Origin: a virus
Length of the DNA stretch: 64,000 nucleotides
Strand: one strand, 5' to 3'
IMG/VR virus record: IMGVR_UViG_3300024054_000008
Span: 32,001 to 96,000 of that record
A program made the translations under genes and the position numbers. This document shows, piece after piece, positions 25,990 to 35,961 of this stretch. The notes beneath the pieces are model-generated. The model was not told the DNA's origin. It was given only the letters and a program-made list of their open reading frames with translations, and ran no database searches. Position 1 is the stretch's first letter; each line of letters opens with the position of its first letter.

Positions 25990-27025
25990 CTGATATGTCC
26001 TTATCCCATAATTTGCTATTGAACTCTTTGTGTTTGCGAATTGGCTTTGAATAATCAAACGTTGGATCAGACATTTGCTTCATAATAGACATTTCTTTGT
26101 CAGTCAAACCTGGTCTATACCAATCTAATGGTCGTTCATTATTTGCACCAGGCAACCATGAATATGTATCAAGTTTTGCCTTCTTTTTCCTCGCACCTTT
26201 CAAAACTGTAACATCTCCGTCAGTTGGATTTGGATTAGGCGGATTGCTCAAATCATATTCACCAGATCCTGGATATTCTGAAAAATCAGAATGTGGTGAA
26301 ATTTCATCAGACGGAAAATCTGATGGAGGATTAAATGAACCTTCATATCCTGATCCAGAAGCCGGTCCGATTCTGTCAACCCTAGGTCCAGGGAGTGTGC
26401 TGACCGGAACCGAAGAATTCCCACCAGCTAATTTTGATTTAGTTGCTGAAGTTTGAAAAAATTGATGTTCATCATCATCTTCTGATGAAGATGATGAATC
26501 ATCTGTGTCTATAATAGGGTTTTCTGGTTTTGGATTCTCGAATATTTCTTGTTCGTATTCTTGTTCAACGTGCTGTTCAGGATTAGATCGAATTTCTTGA
26601 ACGTCATCTACAATTTCTTCAATCTCATCAGATGTAGCGTTTCTCCAGTGTGGAGCACTAATTTCATCGTGGATTGTATCAGAAAATGATGACAATAATT
26701 CAACAGAATTTGCAAGAGCGGCTCTTAGGTCCTTTACTGATTGTATATACCCACGTCCACCAAGAAGTCCATCAGGGCTAAATTTTGAAGATGACATTTT
26801 AGAAAAAATTCTAAAAGCTGCAGTTGCATAACTATGTGACCTTTGTGCAGCCCACAAGATTTTAGCTAAATCTCGATGCGAATTAGAGTCAAATTCAAAT
26901 TCACGAAATCTTATATCCCTTCGTAGCGGTCCTTGGTCTTTCTTAAATTCTATTAACCCGGCTGTCCGAGTGTGTGAATTTGAGATCCGCTTTGCAATGT
27001 CTTCTAAACTCATTTTAAACCTCAA
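25979..27025 (-). CDS. Hypothetical protein with acidic low-complexity C-half (probable virion-associated)
   Basis: 348 aa; N-terminal IAKRIS...RTAG motif; DDSSSSSEDDDE tract. Confidence 0.7.
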   Translation of the reverse strand: MRFKMSLEDIAKRISNSHTRTAGLIEFKKDQGPLRRDIRFREFEFDSNSHRDLAKILWAAQRSHSYATAAFRIFSKMSSSKFSPDGLLGGRGYIQSVKDLRAALANSVELLSSFSDTIHDEISAPHWRNATSDEIEEIVDDVQEIRSNPEQHVEQEYEQEIFENPKPENPIIDTDDSSSSSEDDDEHQFFQTSATKSKLAGGNSSVPVSTLPGPRVDRIGPASGSGYEGSFNPPSDFPSDEISPHSDFSEYPGSGEYDLSNPPNPNPTDGDVTVLKGARKKKAKLDTYSWLPGANNERPLDWYRPGLTDKEMSIMKQMSDPTFDYSKPIRKHKEFNSKLWDKDISGAI

Positions 27026-27263
27026 CTACAGGACCTTGATCATCATCAACAAGACGCTCTATGTAAGACCCGTTTTCATCTTCACCTAGTTTCCAAAAGT
27101 CATTTTTTGAAAGTCTAACTAATTTGTCATCGGCAACAAATTGAAACCCAGCCAAATCAAGTAAACCAGCAATTCTCATTCTGTTGCCAGCTTGACGAGA
27201 TTTTGGCGGATTAAAAAAATCATCAACTGAACTCGATGATAGCCTTATGTCCTCTATCTTCAT
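27015..27263 (-). CDS. Small hypothetical protein
   Basis: 82 aa, coupled to its neighbours; RQAG and RIAG motifs. Confidence 0.65.
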   Translation of the reverse strand: MKIEDIRLSSSSVDDFFNPPKSRQAGNRMRIAGLLDLAGFQFVADDKLVRLSKNDFWKLGEDENGSYIERLVDDDQGPVVEV

Positions 27264-27266
27264 GAC

Positions 27267-28175
27267 TTACTCCTCTGTCACATTAAGAGTTATTGGAATA
27301 TCTATATACTGATTAGAAGCTGTTGGTGATTGAATACGGATTGTATCATTGTATACGCCAACTATTTGAGGAACAGCACCAGCAACAATAGACAACGAAA
27401 CTGTAGTTGATTCACCGCCAATAAGTGGGCCGCCAGAAATTGGGTCTATTGATAACCATGCACTAGTATTATTAACTTTTGCAACAGTAAATGTCATAGT
27501 TGACGTAACAGGGCCAACATTTGAAACAGTCAATATGCTGATACCAGACGAAGAAGAACCGACAGCTATTGAAAATGTAACTGTTAATGGCAGAACTGAA
27601 ATTACTGGTTTTGGTAACACAGTAACAACAACTGAAACGGTCGATAACATATTAGAATTACTTTGATCTGATATTGTTATTGACCCACTATAAGGTGATT
27701 CAGACGCATATAATTGTGACGGATCAACACGAACTCCAAATGTTGCAGTTAAATTTTGTGATATTCCGACGGCTTGGGTTGGAGTTGTTGATAGCCAAGC
27801 TGCGCCTGGAACAGCGTTAGCTGTTAAAAACGACCCGAATGCACCGTTGTTCATTATTATAACGTCACCAACGTCTTCAGGCGAAGATCCTTCAGTAACA
27901 GTAAGAACAAACAAAGCCGGACTTGGAGACACGAGATATATTGATGATTGAACCTGTTGAGTCATAGAAGTTATGGAATTTGCCATAGCTTCAACGACAT
28001 CACCTGGAAGTGGTAAATTTACGCTATTAAGCGGTCCAAAAGGCGACCTAATATCAATTATTTCAAATCTTTGCCCATACCCATTTATATTGTTTGCTCT
28101 CGTAGTCCATAGCCATGTGCCACCAACAGATGGTATGCTAAATTCAAATCCACCACCAGAAACAGTATAGGCCAT
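27267..28175 (-). CDS. Ig-like / BACON-type domain protein (virion surface candidate)
   Basis: 302 aa Thr/Ser/Val-rich; two repeats with WLSxxPxxG and Y.G.I.I/Y.DTIRI...IPITLNV strands, typical of BACON-like Ig folds. Confidence 0.65.
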   Translation of the reverse strand: MAYTVSGGGFEFSIPSVGGTWLWTTRANNINGYGQRFEIIDIRSPFGPLNSVNLPLPGDVVEAMANSITSMTQQVQSSIYLVSPSPALFVLTVTEGSSPEDVGDVIIMNNGAFGSFLTANAVPGAAWLSTTPTQAVGISQNLTATFGVRVDPSQLYASESPYSGSITISDQSNSNMLSTVSVVVTVLPKPVISVLPLTVTFSIAVGSSSSGISILTVSNVGPVTSTMTFTVAKVNNTSAWLSIDPISGGPLIGGESTTVSLSIVAGAVPQIVGVYNDTIRIQSPTASNQYIDIPITLNVTEE

Positions 28176-28239
28176 GCCTAATTATCTACCACAATGAAAG
28201 TTTAACCAAAAAAGAAACTATAAAAATGTAAGTTCTGGC

Positions 28240-28497
28240 ATGAACGAACCACAACCGCCAAAAAACCTAAACTCTATTTTGCCATTTTGTCCATATTGCG
28301 GAAACATAGTCTATCCATTGTCTCTTGACGAATGCGTAATAAAATGTGAAGTAAGTTGTCACACTATTGGATGGAATAGACAATTATGGATACCTAAAAT
28401 TGTCGAACATTGTGAAAAATATGGATTCAATAAGTCACAATATGAAAAATATCTAAAAGAATGCGAAATAAAAACAAAAGAAATAATCGAAAGCTAA
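28240..28497 (+). CDS. Small Cys-rich hypothetical protein
   Basis: 85 aa, CPYCG...C...C...C; TAAGTT box 5 nt upstream of the ATG. Confidence 0.55.
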   Translation: MNEPQPPKNLNSILPFCPYCGNIVYPLSLDECVIKCEVSCHTIGWNRQLWIPKIVEHCEKYGFNKSQYEKYLKECEIKTKEIIES

Positions 28498-28576
28498 TCT
28501 TATTCTCAAAATTATTTCACTTTCCAATCATAACGAACAGCTATGCGAAAATCTAAGTCATATTACCATCCAATAT

Positions 28577-29122
28577 TTAACCATACAAATATTTTGATAA
28601 ATCTTCAGCCCAAACACTCAAACTCTTAAATGTTGGATGTATACCGTCAAATAACTCCATGTCTAATTTCGAAGCGTCGTGCCAACGATCAGCCCCTGAT
28701 TGCTCAACACCAGATTTTATGAAGTCAGTCTTAACCTTCTTCGGGTTTAATTTCGGTGGCAACAACCAAACAATTTCGACGTTTTGTTTATGTGCTATGT
28801 TTACGATTTTCTTAGCATTTTTTGGGAATGCCTCTCGGTTAACTTTTACGCCCCAATCGTTAACGCCAAGAGAAACCAAAACAGTTTTTGGTTTAAAATC
28901 AGACAAAGCCTGCCTAAACCATCCTTTTGTTATCCATTGATTAGTATTAGTTCCACCGCGAGAAGTGTCACGAAGAATTTGACCGTGTTTTTTACTAGCA
29001 ATTCTTAACGGCCTAGCAAGCATATAAGCTAGGCTATCTCCAATCAACAAGTTTGGTTTAGACTCTTCAGCAAAAATGTTAGGTGCAACTAATAACGACA
29101 ATAAAAAAGAACGGCGACGCAT
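28577..29122 (-). CDS. SGNH/GDSL hydrolase with twin-arginine-like signal peptide
   Basis: Blocks LIGDSL, GG, SLGVND, DGIHP; N-terminus MRRRSFLLSLLVAPNIFA. Confidence 0.85.
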   Translation of the reverse strand: MRRRSFLLSLLVAPNIFAEESKPNLLIGDSLAYMLARPLRIASKKHGQILRDTSRGGTNTNQWITKGWFRQALSDFKPKTVLVSLGVNDWGVKVNREAFPKNAKKIVNIAHKQNVEIVWLLPPKLNPKKVKTDFIKSGVEQSGADRWHDASKLDMELFDGIHPTFKSLSVWAEDLSKYLYG

Positions 29123-29143
29123 TGCAAATATTACAGTTGATAA

Positions 29144-31003
29144 TCAATCACGAGTCAACACAAACTTTGTTTTTGATTTGCCAAACACCTTCATATACCC
29201 AAATTGATTAACATAATCGGATTCTGATTTTCCCATCTTTTGAGCATGATCATACAATGTTTTTTTATGTATAACAAATCCTTCTTGACTAATATAGTGA
29301 TAATCAGGTTTTGTAACATGTAGCTGTTTCCAATTTGAAGCTTTATAGATTGTACCAAAATGACCAAAGGTTGAATCTGCAAAACTGACAAGAACCAATA
29401 ATTTAGAATTTTCAGAAAATATTAGTTTAGAACACCGCGATATGAACCAAGACGCAAAATTCTTTTTTTGATATTGAGGGTGTATACAAAATCTATCCAA
29501 TTCCAACATTTGACTGAAAGCATAATTCATTGAAGTCGCTACTTCTTTTCTAACCGGTGATGCAAATTTACAAACTCCAATCAATTTTTCATCAAGAAAA
29601 GCCCCATACACAACTTTAGCTGTTCTACCATATCCAGCATAATGGAATGACTGCAAAAATTCTTCAGGAGCAGAATAATAAGAATTGGGTTCTAATTTTT
29701 TCGGATTTAATTTATTAATTCGAACCTGATCAAAAGAAAAGTCACACTGTTCAATCTGGGAGCTGTTATCAAACAATTCTTTGGTTAATTTTTGTTTGAT
29801 TAGGCCAGGATTTAAAAAATCACGCTCCCACAAATACAAAATACGATAATCAGGAAAATATTTGTCTATATATGAAAATTTTGATGCATCATCCGATTTT
29901 CGTATAGAATGCCAATACTCACCATTACATTCTACCAATAAATTATGATCAGGAACATAAAGATCAAACTCAAAATAACCAATAACATGATGTCTAACAA
30001 ATTTAATATCAAGTGATTCTAATAATTGTTGAGCAACTCTTTCAAGGATACTATCTTTACCATTGAATAAAATTGATGAACGTGCTTTCGCCATCTTTTC
30101 TTTAAAAACGGGGTCACTCCACCTACTCTTAAAAAACTCAGATACTCTAATTTTGTGTTTTGGATCTGAATAGGTTTCCTTGATTTTAGCAGTTATATCA
30201 GAACGAATCTTTTGATTTTTCCATTGATTCTTGGCATTTTCTGATTTGAGAATACATAAATTCTTATCAGAAGCCGCCTTTAGTTGTTTTTCTATGTATA
30301 TCGGATCTTTCCACAATTTTTTTACATTATCTGACACCAATTTTCTTAATTCAACATTAGACCAAACCAATTTTTGCGATTTAATAATCAAATTTCTATA
30401 TTCTAAATTTTTCCAACGCTCAATGGCTAAATCAGATTGCAAATATCTATATTCACTAGTGGATTTAAATAATCTTTGTTTTTCAACATATTCTTCATTT
30501 TTGTGTAATTTACGGATCTTTTCACGTTGAAGTTCTACATTTTTTGGATCAGACCAATATTTAACGTATTTATTTCTATATATTGGATCTTTCCATAGAT
30601 TAGAAGTCGTTATTGATGCTTGTCGTCTTTTACTTGTATCTTTCCAAACTTCACTCAAAGTTGTCCTGAGTTTTTGGACCGATTCTGGGTTTGACCATCG
30701 TTCTTTTGAAATTTCAGACTGTTTCTTTCTTTTGTCGTCAGACCAAGATTTAATAATTCCGTGTTTATGTCTTTCTTGATAAATTTTATCAGTGTGCTTT
30801 GATTTTATCCCACAGGATAAACACCTATAATGTCCAACTCTCTTAATAGTTCTTAAGATTGAGGAAATCTTTAATTTTAATTTGGTTCCACAAGAACATC
30901 TTATTACTATTTGGGATTTTCTAGATATTTTGATTATATCAGTTAAAGAATCAATATCAACAATATGCGCTGGTATGCCAATCTGTTCTAATTGTTGCAA
31001 CAT
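29144..31003 (-). CDS. Zn-ribbon + W[SK]DP helical repeats + Vsr/DUF559-like endonuclease + Mom-like GNAT fusion (copy B)
   Basis: Many W[SK][DN]P-like repeats; SILE...FDLY...ECNGEYWH; FLQSFHY...ELDRFC...KKNFASWFIS...SFAD...GHFGTIYKASNW. Confidence 0.85.
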   Translation of the reverse strand: MLQQLEQIGIPAHIVDIDSLTDIIKISRKSQIVIRCSCGTKLKLKISSILRTIKRVGHYRCLSCGIKSKHTDKIYQERHKHGIIKSWSDDKRKKQSEISKERWSNPESVQKLRTTLSEVWKDTSKRRQASITTSNLWKDPIYRNKYVKYWSDPKNVELQREKIRKLHKNEEYVEKQRLFKSTSEYRYLQSDLAIERWKNLEYRNLIIKSQKLVWSNVELRKLVSDNVKKLWKDPIYIEKQLKAASDKNLCILKSENAKNQWKNQKIRSDITAKIKETYSDPKHKIRVSEFFKSRWSDPVFKEKMAKARSSILFNGKDSILERVAQQLLESLDIKFVRHHVIGYFEFDLYVPDHNLLVECNGEYWHSIRKSDDASKFSYIDKYFPDYRILYLWERDFLNPGLIKQKLTKELFDNSSQIEQCDFSFDQVRINKLNPKKLEPNSYYSAPEEFLQSFHYAGYGRTAKVVYGAFLDEKLIGVCKFASPVRKEVATSMNYAFSQMLELDRFCIHPQYQKKNFASWFISRCSKLIFSENSKLLVLVSFADSTFGHFGTIYKASNWKQLHVTKPDYHYISQEGFVIHKKTLYDHAQKMGKSESDYVNQFGYMKVFGKSKTKFVLTRD

Positions 31004-31037
31004 CTGATAAATACTTTACAGTGTTGCACATGATAAA

Positions 31038-31805
31038 TCAACCAATAGGTAAAATTTGTGCATCACCACGGTCTGCAAACTGAGGAAAGACAACCTCGTG
31101 TAAGAGGTTGAAATGCTTGTCACTTATAGCGAAAAATACTTTCCAATACTTAGAATATTTACTATTGTGAATACATTTTTCTAGGTCTTCTTTGGCTGAT
31201 TCTATAAGTTCTGTGTGTTCACTTTGACTAACTAACATTTGTACGTAAGTTTGTTTATCTCTAACTTCGTTGGCGATAAGTTCCTTTATACGATTTAAAG
31301 CTCTGAAAAACCTGTGACGAACCCGTCCTTGAGTCAACCCCATTTGCTTTGCTATTTCACTTTGACATGTTGTTTCATACATTCTCCATAATATTTCCCT
31401 GTCTTGTTCATTGAATTTTGGTCCAAGTTCAATGTCGAAGTCTTCTCTGTTCAGTTCCGGAATTGTTCTAAGAAACCTAATTCTCTTAATACCACGGTGA
31501 AGCCGATATGAAACAGCTGCTTGTGTTATACCAAATAACCTGGCTATCTGCTCTTGTTTTAATCTATCTTTATGATATAATTTAATTAGGTCAGCTTCGC
31601 GAGCTGGAATTCTTTCCAAATATGGCAAAATAGCATCAAAATCTAATTTCTTACCATTAAATAAATTTTCTTCTTTATCACGCTGTAAATTTTGTTCAAT
31701 TAATTGATCAAGATCAGCATCGGCTTCTTCCCAACCAAGCCTTTTTTCATTGCTAAATTTTGCAGACATATCATCCGGGCTCTGTATCAAAATGTGAGAC
31801 GACAT
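31038..31805 (-). CDS. Protein with two tandem sigma70 region-4-like HTH domains
   Basis: IPAREADLIKLY...QEQIARLFGITQAAVSYRLHRG and NEQDREILWRMY...QSEIAKQMGLTQGRVRHRFFRA; no region 2 recognised. Confidence 0.75.
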   Translation of the reverse strand: MSSHILIQSPDDMSAKFSNEKRLGWEEADADLDQLIEQNLQRDKEENLFNGKKLDFDAILPYLERIPAREADLIKLYHKDRLKQEQIARLFGITQAAVSYRLHRGIKRIRFLRTIPELNREDFDIELGPKFNEQDREILWRMYETTCQSEIAKQMGLTQGRVRHRFFRALNRIKELIANEVRDKQTYVQMLVSQSEHTELIESAKEDLEKCIHNSKYSKYWKVFFAISDKHFNLLHEVVFPQFADRGDAQILPIG

Positions 31806-31935
31806 ACCAAGCTCCAGTGCTAGATTACTAGCAGTGATGTTGATTTAGGTATGTGTCTGCGTTTGCCCGGTTTTATTTATGTCTAAATATAACCTGCAGC
31901 TGGAGCACTGACAGGCTGATATCTAACTATACAAA

Positions 31936-32883
31936 TCAAACCGGGTCCAAAAATCCAAGAGAATCAGAAATTATTATTTTCTTGCCAGACCCAACTTTGA
32001 AGGCTGAAGAATCTATAACAGAATTGAAATTTTTTCTGAGGATTTCGTCAGCAATTTCAAAATTTTCAGTCGATTCAATTTTGAAATTATCTAGTGGGTC
32101 TATGTTCCTGAACCCAACTAATTCGTAATTAAGATCAATCCTTGGTCTCATGTTTATGATTAAATTTCTTTCACGTTTTGAACAGCCTGGAAAACCAGAT
32201 GCGTACAACGCATCGATCGTCAAATTCTGACTTAAATTTGCAGCAATTAATCTTCTCAATCTTGGTACGCCAGGTATGTTGTCTGATGTATCACCAGTCA
32301 ATGATTTAAATAATCTTATACAGTTTGGTCTAACTTTTACGTCTTTAAAACCTTCTTCATAGACACGTTCCGGATCATAAAACCAATTGTCAGAATTTGA
32401 TTTAGGTCTAAATAAAATAACATTATCATTGACCAATTGATAAAAGTCTTTGTCAGAAGATATAATAATGTTCAATTTATCACAATTTTGTTTTACGAAG
32501 CTACTAATAAGATCATCGGCTTCTTCATGAGGATGCCAAAATATGTCAACACCGAATAAACCAAATAAATGAACAATAGCGTCAAAATCACTTTTTGCTT
32601 CAAAACCATCACTGAGTTCCACACTTAAATTCGAAAAGATTGGTTCACGCTCCCTGTTCTTATAACTTGGATCAAGACGCAAACGCATTTCTGGTTTTCC
32701 ATCCAAGAACAAAAAAATTTTTCCACGGTTTGGAATTTTCCTAATCCAAGATGACAAAACATCAAATACACCAGTGACAAGCGGCCTGTTAGAATCAGAT
32801 TTTACAAATGCATGAAAGATTCTATGAATAATGTTATTACCATCAATCAAAATATTAGATTCTATTGATTTACGTCCAAACAT
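31936..32883 (-). CDS. 5'-3' exonuclease / flap endonuclease (Pol I N-terminal type)
   Basis: LIDGNN, EADD, SSDKDFYQL, LTGDTSDNIPGV. Confidence 0.92.
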   Translation of the reverse strand: MFGRKSIESNILIDGNNIIHRIFHAFVKSDSNRPLVTGVFDVLSSWIRKIPNRGKIFLFLDGKPEMRLRLDPSYKNREREPIFSNLSVELSDGFEAKSDFDAIVHLFGLFGVDIFWHPHEEADDLISSFVKQNCDKLNIIISSDKDFYQLVNDNVILFRPKSNSDNWFYDPERVYEEGFKDVKVRPNCIRLFKSLTGDTSDNIPGVPRLRRLIAANLSQNLTIDALYASGFPGCSKRERNLIINMRPRIDLNYELVGFRNIDPLDNFKIESTENFEIADEILRKNFNSVIDSSAFKVGSGKKIIISDSLGFLDPV

Positions 32884-32891
32884 AATATATA

Positions 32892-33515
32892 TTACAATCT
32901 AGACAAATAAGTTGCTGGAAAATCTATAACAATTTTTTTAGATCTTAATTCAACATAAACCTGGACTGTTTTATTATCATCCAACACTTCAATTACTTCA
33001 GCGTTCAAATTCCTATAATTTCCTTTTATAACTTTTACTATTTCACCAGGTTTAAAATCACCACGGTCTAATGACTCCATGTTTTTTCTCATGTGCGAGA
33101 GATCGGAGTCATCTAATAACGACACAACATATTTTTTCCTTCTTCCTTCGTAAACTGGCTTAGTCAAAATGGATTTGAAATAATTTGTGTCTTGTAATCT
33201 TGTATAAAACACATCTTCTTTATATAGAATAAATATATACCCATCCAAAAATGACAAAACAGAAAATTCATCCCTAACTTTCTGCGTGACAGCTGGTATG
33301 AACACATCTAATGATACGTCACCAAGTATTTGACGGGCTGATCTTGAAATCAGGTCTAATTTCTTTTCCTTCTCACCAATTAATGTTAATTCAACACACA
33401 CCCATTTTTTGTTTGTGCCATTATTTGTATCAGGTAATTTATTTGAATGATTTGAGACCTTCGAGTAACGAAGACGCGAATTCTTTTTCAGAGATCGGGA
33501 CATAGCGTGAATCAT
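32892..33515 (-). CDS. NusG/RfaH-like transcription elongation factor
   Basis: NGN-like WVCVE...FIPA...FLDGYIFI and KOW FKPGEIVKVIKGNYRNLNAEV; true start uncertain. Confidence 0.8.
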   Translation of the reverse strand: MIHAMSRSLKKNSRLRYSKVSNHSNKLPDTNNGTNKKWVCVELTLIGEKEKKLDLISRSARQILGDVSLDVFIPAVTQKVRDEFSVLSFLDGYIFILYKEDVFYTRLQDTNYFKSILTKPVYEGRRKKYVVSLLDDSDLSHMRKNMESLDRGDFKPGEIVKVIKGNYRNLNAEVIEVLDDNKTVQVYVELRSKKIVIDFPATYLSRL

Positions 33516-34719
33516 TTTTCGATTGAAAAACTGGCTTGTCTTTTATAACAGACGCCGGTTTTTCAATTTTACCATCTAAAGTAGTTAGTTTCTCATCTGA
33601 CGAAAAAGAAACACCATCTACAGTTATAACTTTTTGTTTCTTGTCTAAAGAAACATTAACTTCAACTGGTTTAGTTACAACTTCAACAGTTGTTTTTTGA
33701 ACGAGATCGCGACTGACATTATGATATAATACAGCTTCTATATCATAAAGATTTGGATGATATATGGATGATAATTTTGAAGCAACGTTTGAAAAATAAT
33801 CATAATCAAATTTGTTACAAACAATCGGTAATGGAAAATTGTGTTTTATGCCAAAATTTTGTCTAACAGCACATACGATGGCTAAAACTAGTTTTTCTTT
33901 TATCCACGTTGGGCTTTCTGCATTAGATAATTCATCAAAATACTTTATCATATTTGGTTTATTAAAATTAAGATTTGAAATAATTTTTGTAACTAAATCA
34001 TAACTACCCATTCTAAAATGTTCCCAAACCAATTCTTTTGATAATTTTCCTGCACTTGATAATAATTCGATCGTATTCAAACAAACACGAGGGCACCTTT
34101 CAGTCATAACTGATATTGAATTTAAGGCCTCACTATCAAATTCTATGCGTTCTGATTTGCATATTCGTTCAAGAAACCCAAACAACAACTCATTAGATGG
34201 AGCTATAACAGGATATTCCTCCATCCTTGATCTAATAGCATCTTGAACATTATCTGGGTCTGTAGTACAAAATATGACAGTTATTCTTCTGTCTTCTATT
34301 GGCCTTAATAGGACATCTTGTGCCGCTTTAGAAAGACGATGAGCTTCATCAAGAATACAAACGCGTGGTTTTCCATCAATTGGAACAAATTCCAAATCTT
34401 TGACTATAAGCCTTATCTTTTCAGCAGTGCCGTGAACAGCAGCATCAAATTCATCAAAACTTGATGAAGTTTCATTCAATATAGACAAACAACTATCGCA
34501 TAGATTACACGGTTCACCGTCATTCAACGCATCACAATAAATAGCCCTTGACACTATCCTAGCTAGAGTTGTTTTACCGCAACCTTTTGACCCACCAAAT
34601 ATCATTGATTGATTAGTTAAAGTTTTTGCAATACTTCTTCTCTTTAACAATTTAATAACACCATCATTACCAATTACTTGGTCAAACCTAGTTGGCCTAT
34701 ATTTCAAATCAAGAGGCAT
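33439..34719 (-). CDS. dnaX: Clamp loader ATPase, DNA Pol III gamma/tau-like
   Basis: LKYRPTRFDQVIG, Walker A GSKGCGKTT, Zn motif C..PCNLCDSC, Walker B ILDEAHRL, sensor SR. Confidence 0.9.
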   Translation of the reverse strand: MPLDLKYRPTRFDQVIGNDGVIKLLKRRSIAKTLTNQSMIFGGSKGCGKTTLARIVSRAIYCDALNDGEPCNLCDSCLSILNETSSSFDEFDAAVHGTAEKIRLIVKDLEFVPIDGKPRVCILDEAHRLSKAAQDVLLRPIEDRRITVIFCTTDPDNVQDAIRSRMEEYPVIAPSNELLFGFLERICKSERIEFDSEALNSISVMTERCPRVCLNTIELLSSAGKLSKELVWEHFRMGSYDLVTKIISNLNFNKPNMIKYFDELSNAESPTWIKEKLVLAIVCAVRQNFGIKHNFPLPIVCNKFDYDYFSNVASKLSSIYHPNLYDIEAVLYHNVSRDLVQKTTVEVVTKPVEVNVSLDKKQKVITVDGVSFSSDEKLTTLDGKIEKPASVIKDKPVFQSKNDSRYVPISEKEFASSLLEGLKSFK

Positions 34720-35162
34720 TATTCATCTTTCTGAACAAAAACATCAGCAATTTTCACTAAATCATCAGTCCACTGCCCATGTCTCTCAGCTATTTCAATA
34801 AATTCTTGCACTTCTGGGGCTCTTATCTTCCATTTCATTTCACCTGATTTTTCATCTTCTTCACCCCAACATTTTTGCAAAAGATGGTCAACCAAAGCTG
34901 ATCTTTGTTTTGAGGATAAATCATTCCAAAAATCAAGAGCAACTTCTATCAAAAAATCTGAACTAAGTAAAAATTCATATTTCCCAGACAATTTTGCAAC
35001 ATTGCCTGGGATATTTACACCCCCACGCTTTGTTGATTTACTTCTAAATACATATTTTATTCTAGCTGATGCTAAATGTGTATGATATTTTGGTATTAAC
35101 TTTTGTGCTATTGTTTCAACGGCTTCAGCATCACCAAAAAGCGTTTTTGAATTGTTCTCCAT
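34719..35162 (-). CDS. Putative phage metallopeptidase-like protein (zinc motif degenerate)
   Basis: HLASARIKYVF...W.......ALVDHLLQKC...W.IRAPEVQEF.EI.ERHG.W; the expected HELxH reads HLLQK. Confidence 0.7.
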   Translation of the reverse strand: MENNSKTLFGDAEAVETIAQKLIPKYHTHLASARIKYVFRSKSTKRGGVNIPGNVAKLSGKYEFLLSSDFLIEVALDFWNDLSSKQRSALVDHLLQKCWGEEDEKSGEMKWKIRAPEVQEFIEIAERHGQWTDDLVKIADVFVQKDE

Positions 35163-35172
35163 TTCATTCCTT

Positions 35173-35961
35173 TCAGATACAAGACAACAAATGACTTTTA
35201 AATTTATCGTCTCCTATTTTTTTCCACAGGTCATTGACATCTTTTGAATCAAATCCAAGACGTTTATATTTAACATCTCTTATCTCGAAATCTCTATCCG
35301 AACATAACAATTTTTTGAACCCGGATCTGCCAGCACCATCTAAATCAAGACAAGAATAAACCAAATCAATAAAACGATCTAAAAATTTTTTCTGTTGTCT
35401 ATTTACTGAGTTAGTAGTAAGAGCCAACACGTTAGGCGTTATAAGACGTTCTATAGTCAATTGATCAACAGGCCCTTCAGTTATCCAAACTTCTTTTGAA
35501 GACCACACACTATGGATAGCAGAACTGGTGCCAAAAAAATACGCTTCAGGCCGTCTTGACACCATATAGGTGTCATATGATTTTTCGCGCAATGACCTAA
35601 CTTGAAAACCGATTGGGTTACCGGAATACGACGTAAGAGGAAAAACTATGCAATCTTTTATTCTATTTCCAACATTCTGTATTTTTCTGCCTTCAAAATT
35701 ATCGATTGTAGAGGACCATCTTATATATTTACATGTGTCACACTGTTTTGATTTTTCTTCATTATTACAGTCAAGACTGTGTGATTTATCGGATTTTGGA
35801 TCAGGGCTAAAATTACCAACAGTAAAACCGATACAATGACGAACAAATTGTTCGTTCGATACACCACGACTCAATAAATAGTTGGAAGCTTCGTCATTTG
35901 ATAAAAGACCAGCATTTGCCCATTCTAAGAAATTCATTAAAAACATTATGCATTGTCCCAA
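35173..35961 (-). CDS. DnaG-like primase catalytic (TOPRIM) core
   Basis: YLLSRG, IVFP...GNPIGFQVRS, ITEGPVDQL, CLDLDGAG, KDVND; likely start MNFLEW at 35937; no N-terminal CHC2 finger. Confidence 0.8.
   Translation of the reverse strand: MGQCIMFLMNFLEWANAGLLSNDEASNYLLSRGVSNEQFVRHCIGFTVGNFSPDPKSDKSHSLDCNNEEKSKQCDTCKYIRWSSTIDNFEGRKIQNVGNRIKDCIVFPLTSYSGNPIGFQVRSLREKSYDTYMVSRRPEAYFFGTSSAIHSVWSSKEVWITEGPVDQLTIERLITPNVLALTTNSVNRQQKKFLDRFIDLVYSCLDLDGAGRSGFKKLLCSDRDFEIRDVKYKRLGFDSKDVNDLWKKIGDDKFKSHLLSCI

Noticed and set aside
25979-26058. 80-nt overlap as a programmed frameshift
   Set aside because: A GTG at 25989 with an SD explains it as ordinary translational coupling; no slippery site was evident.
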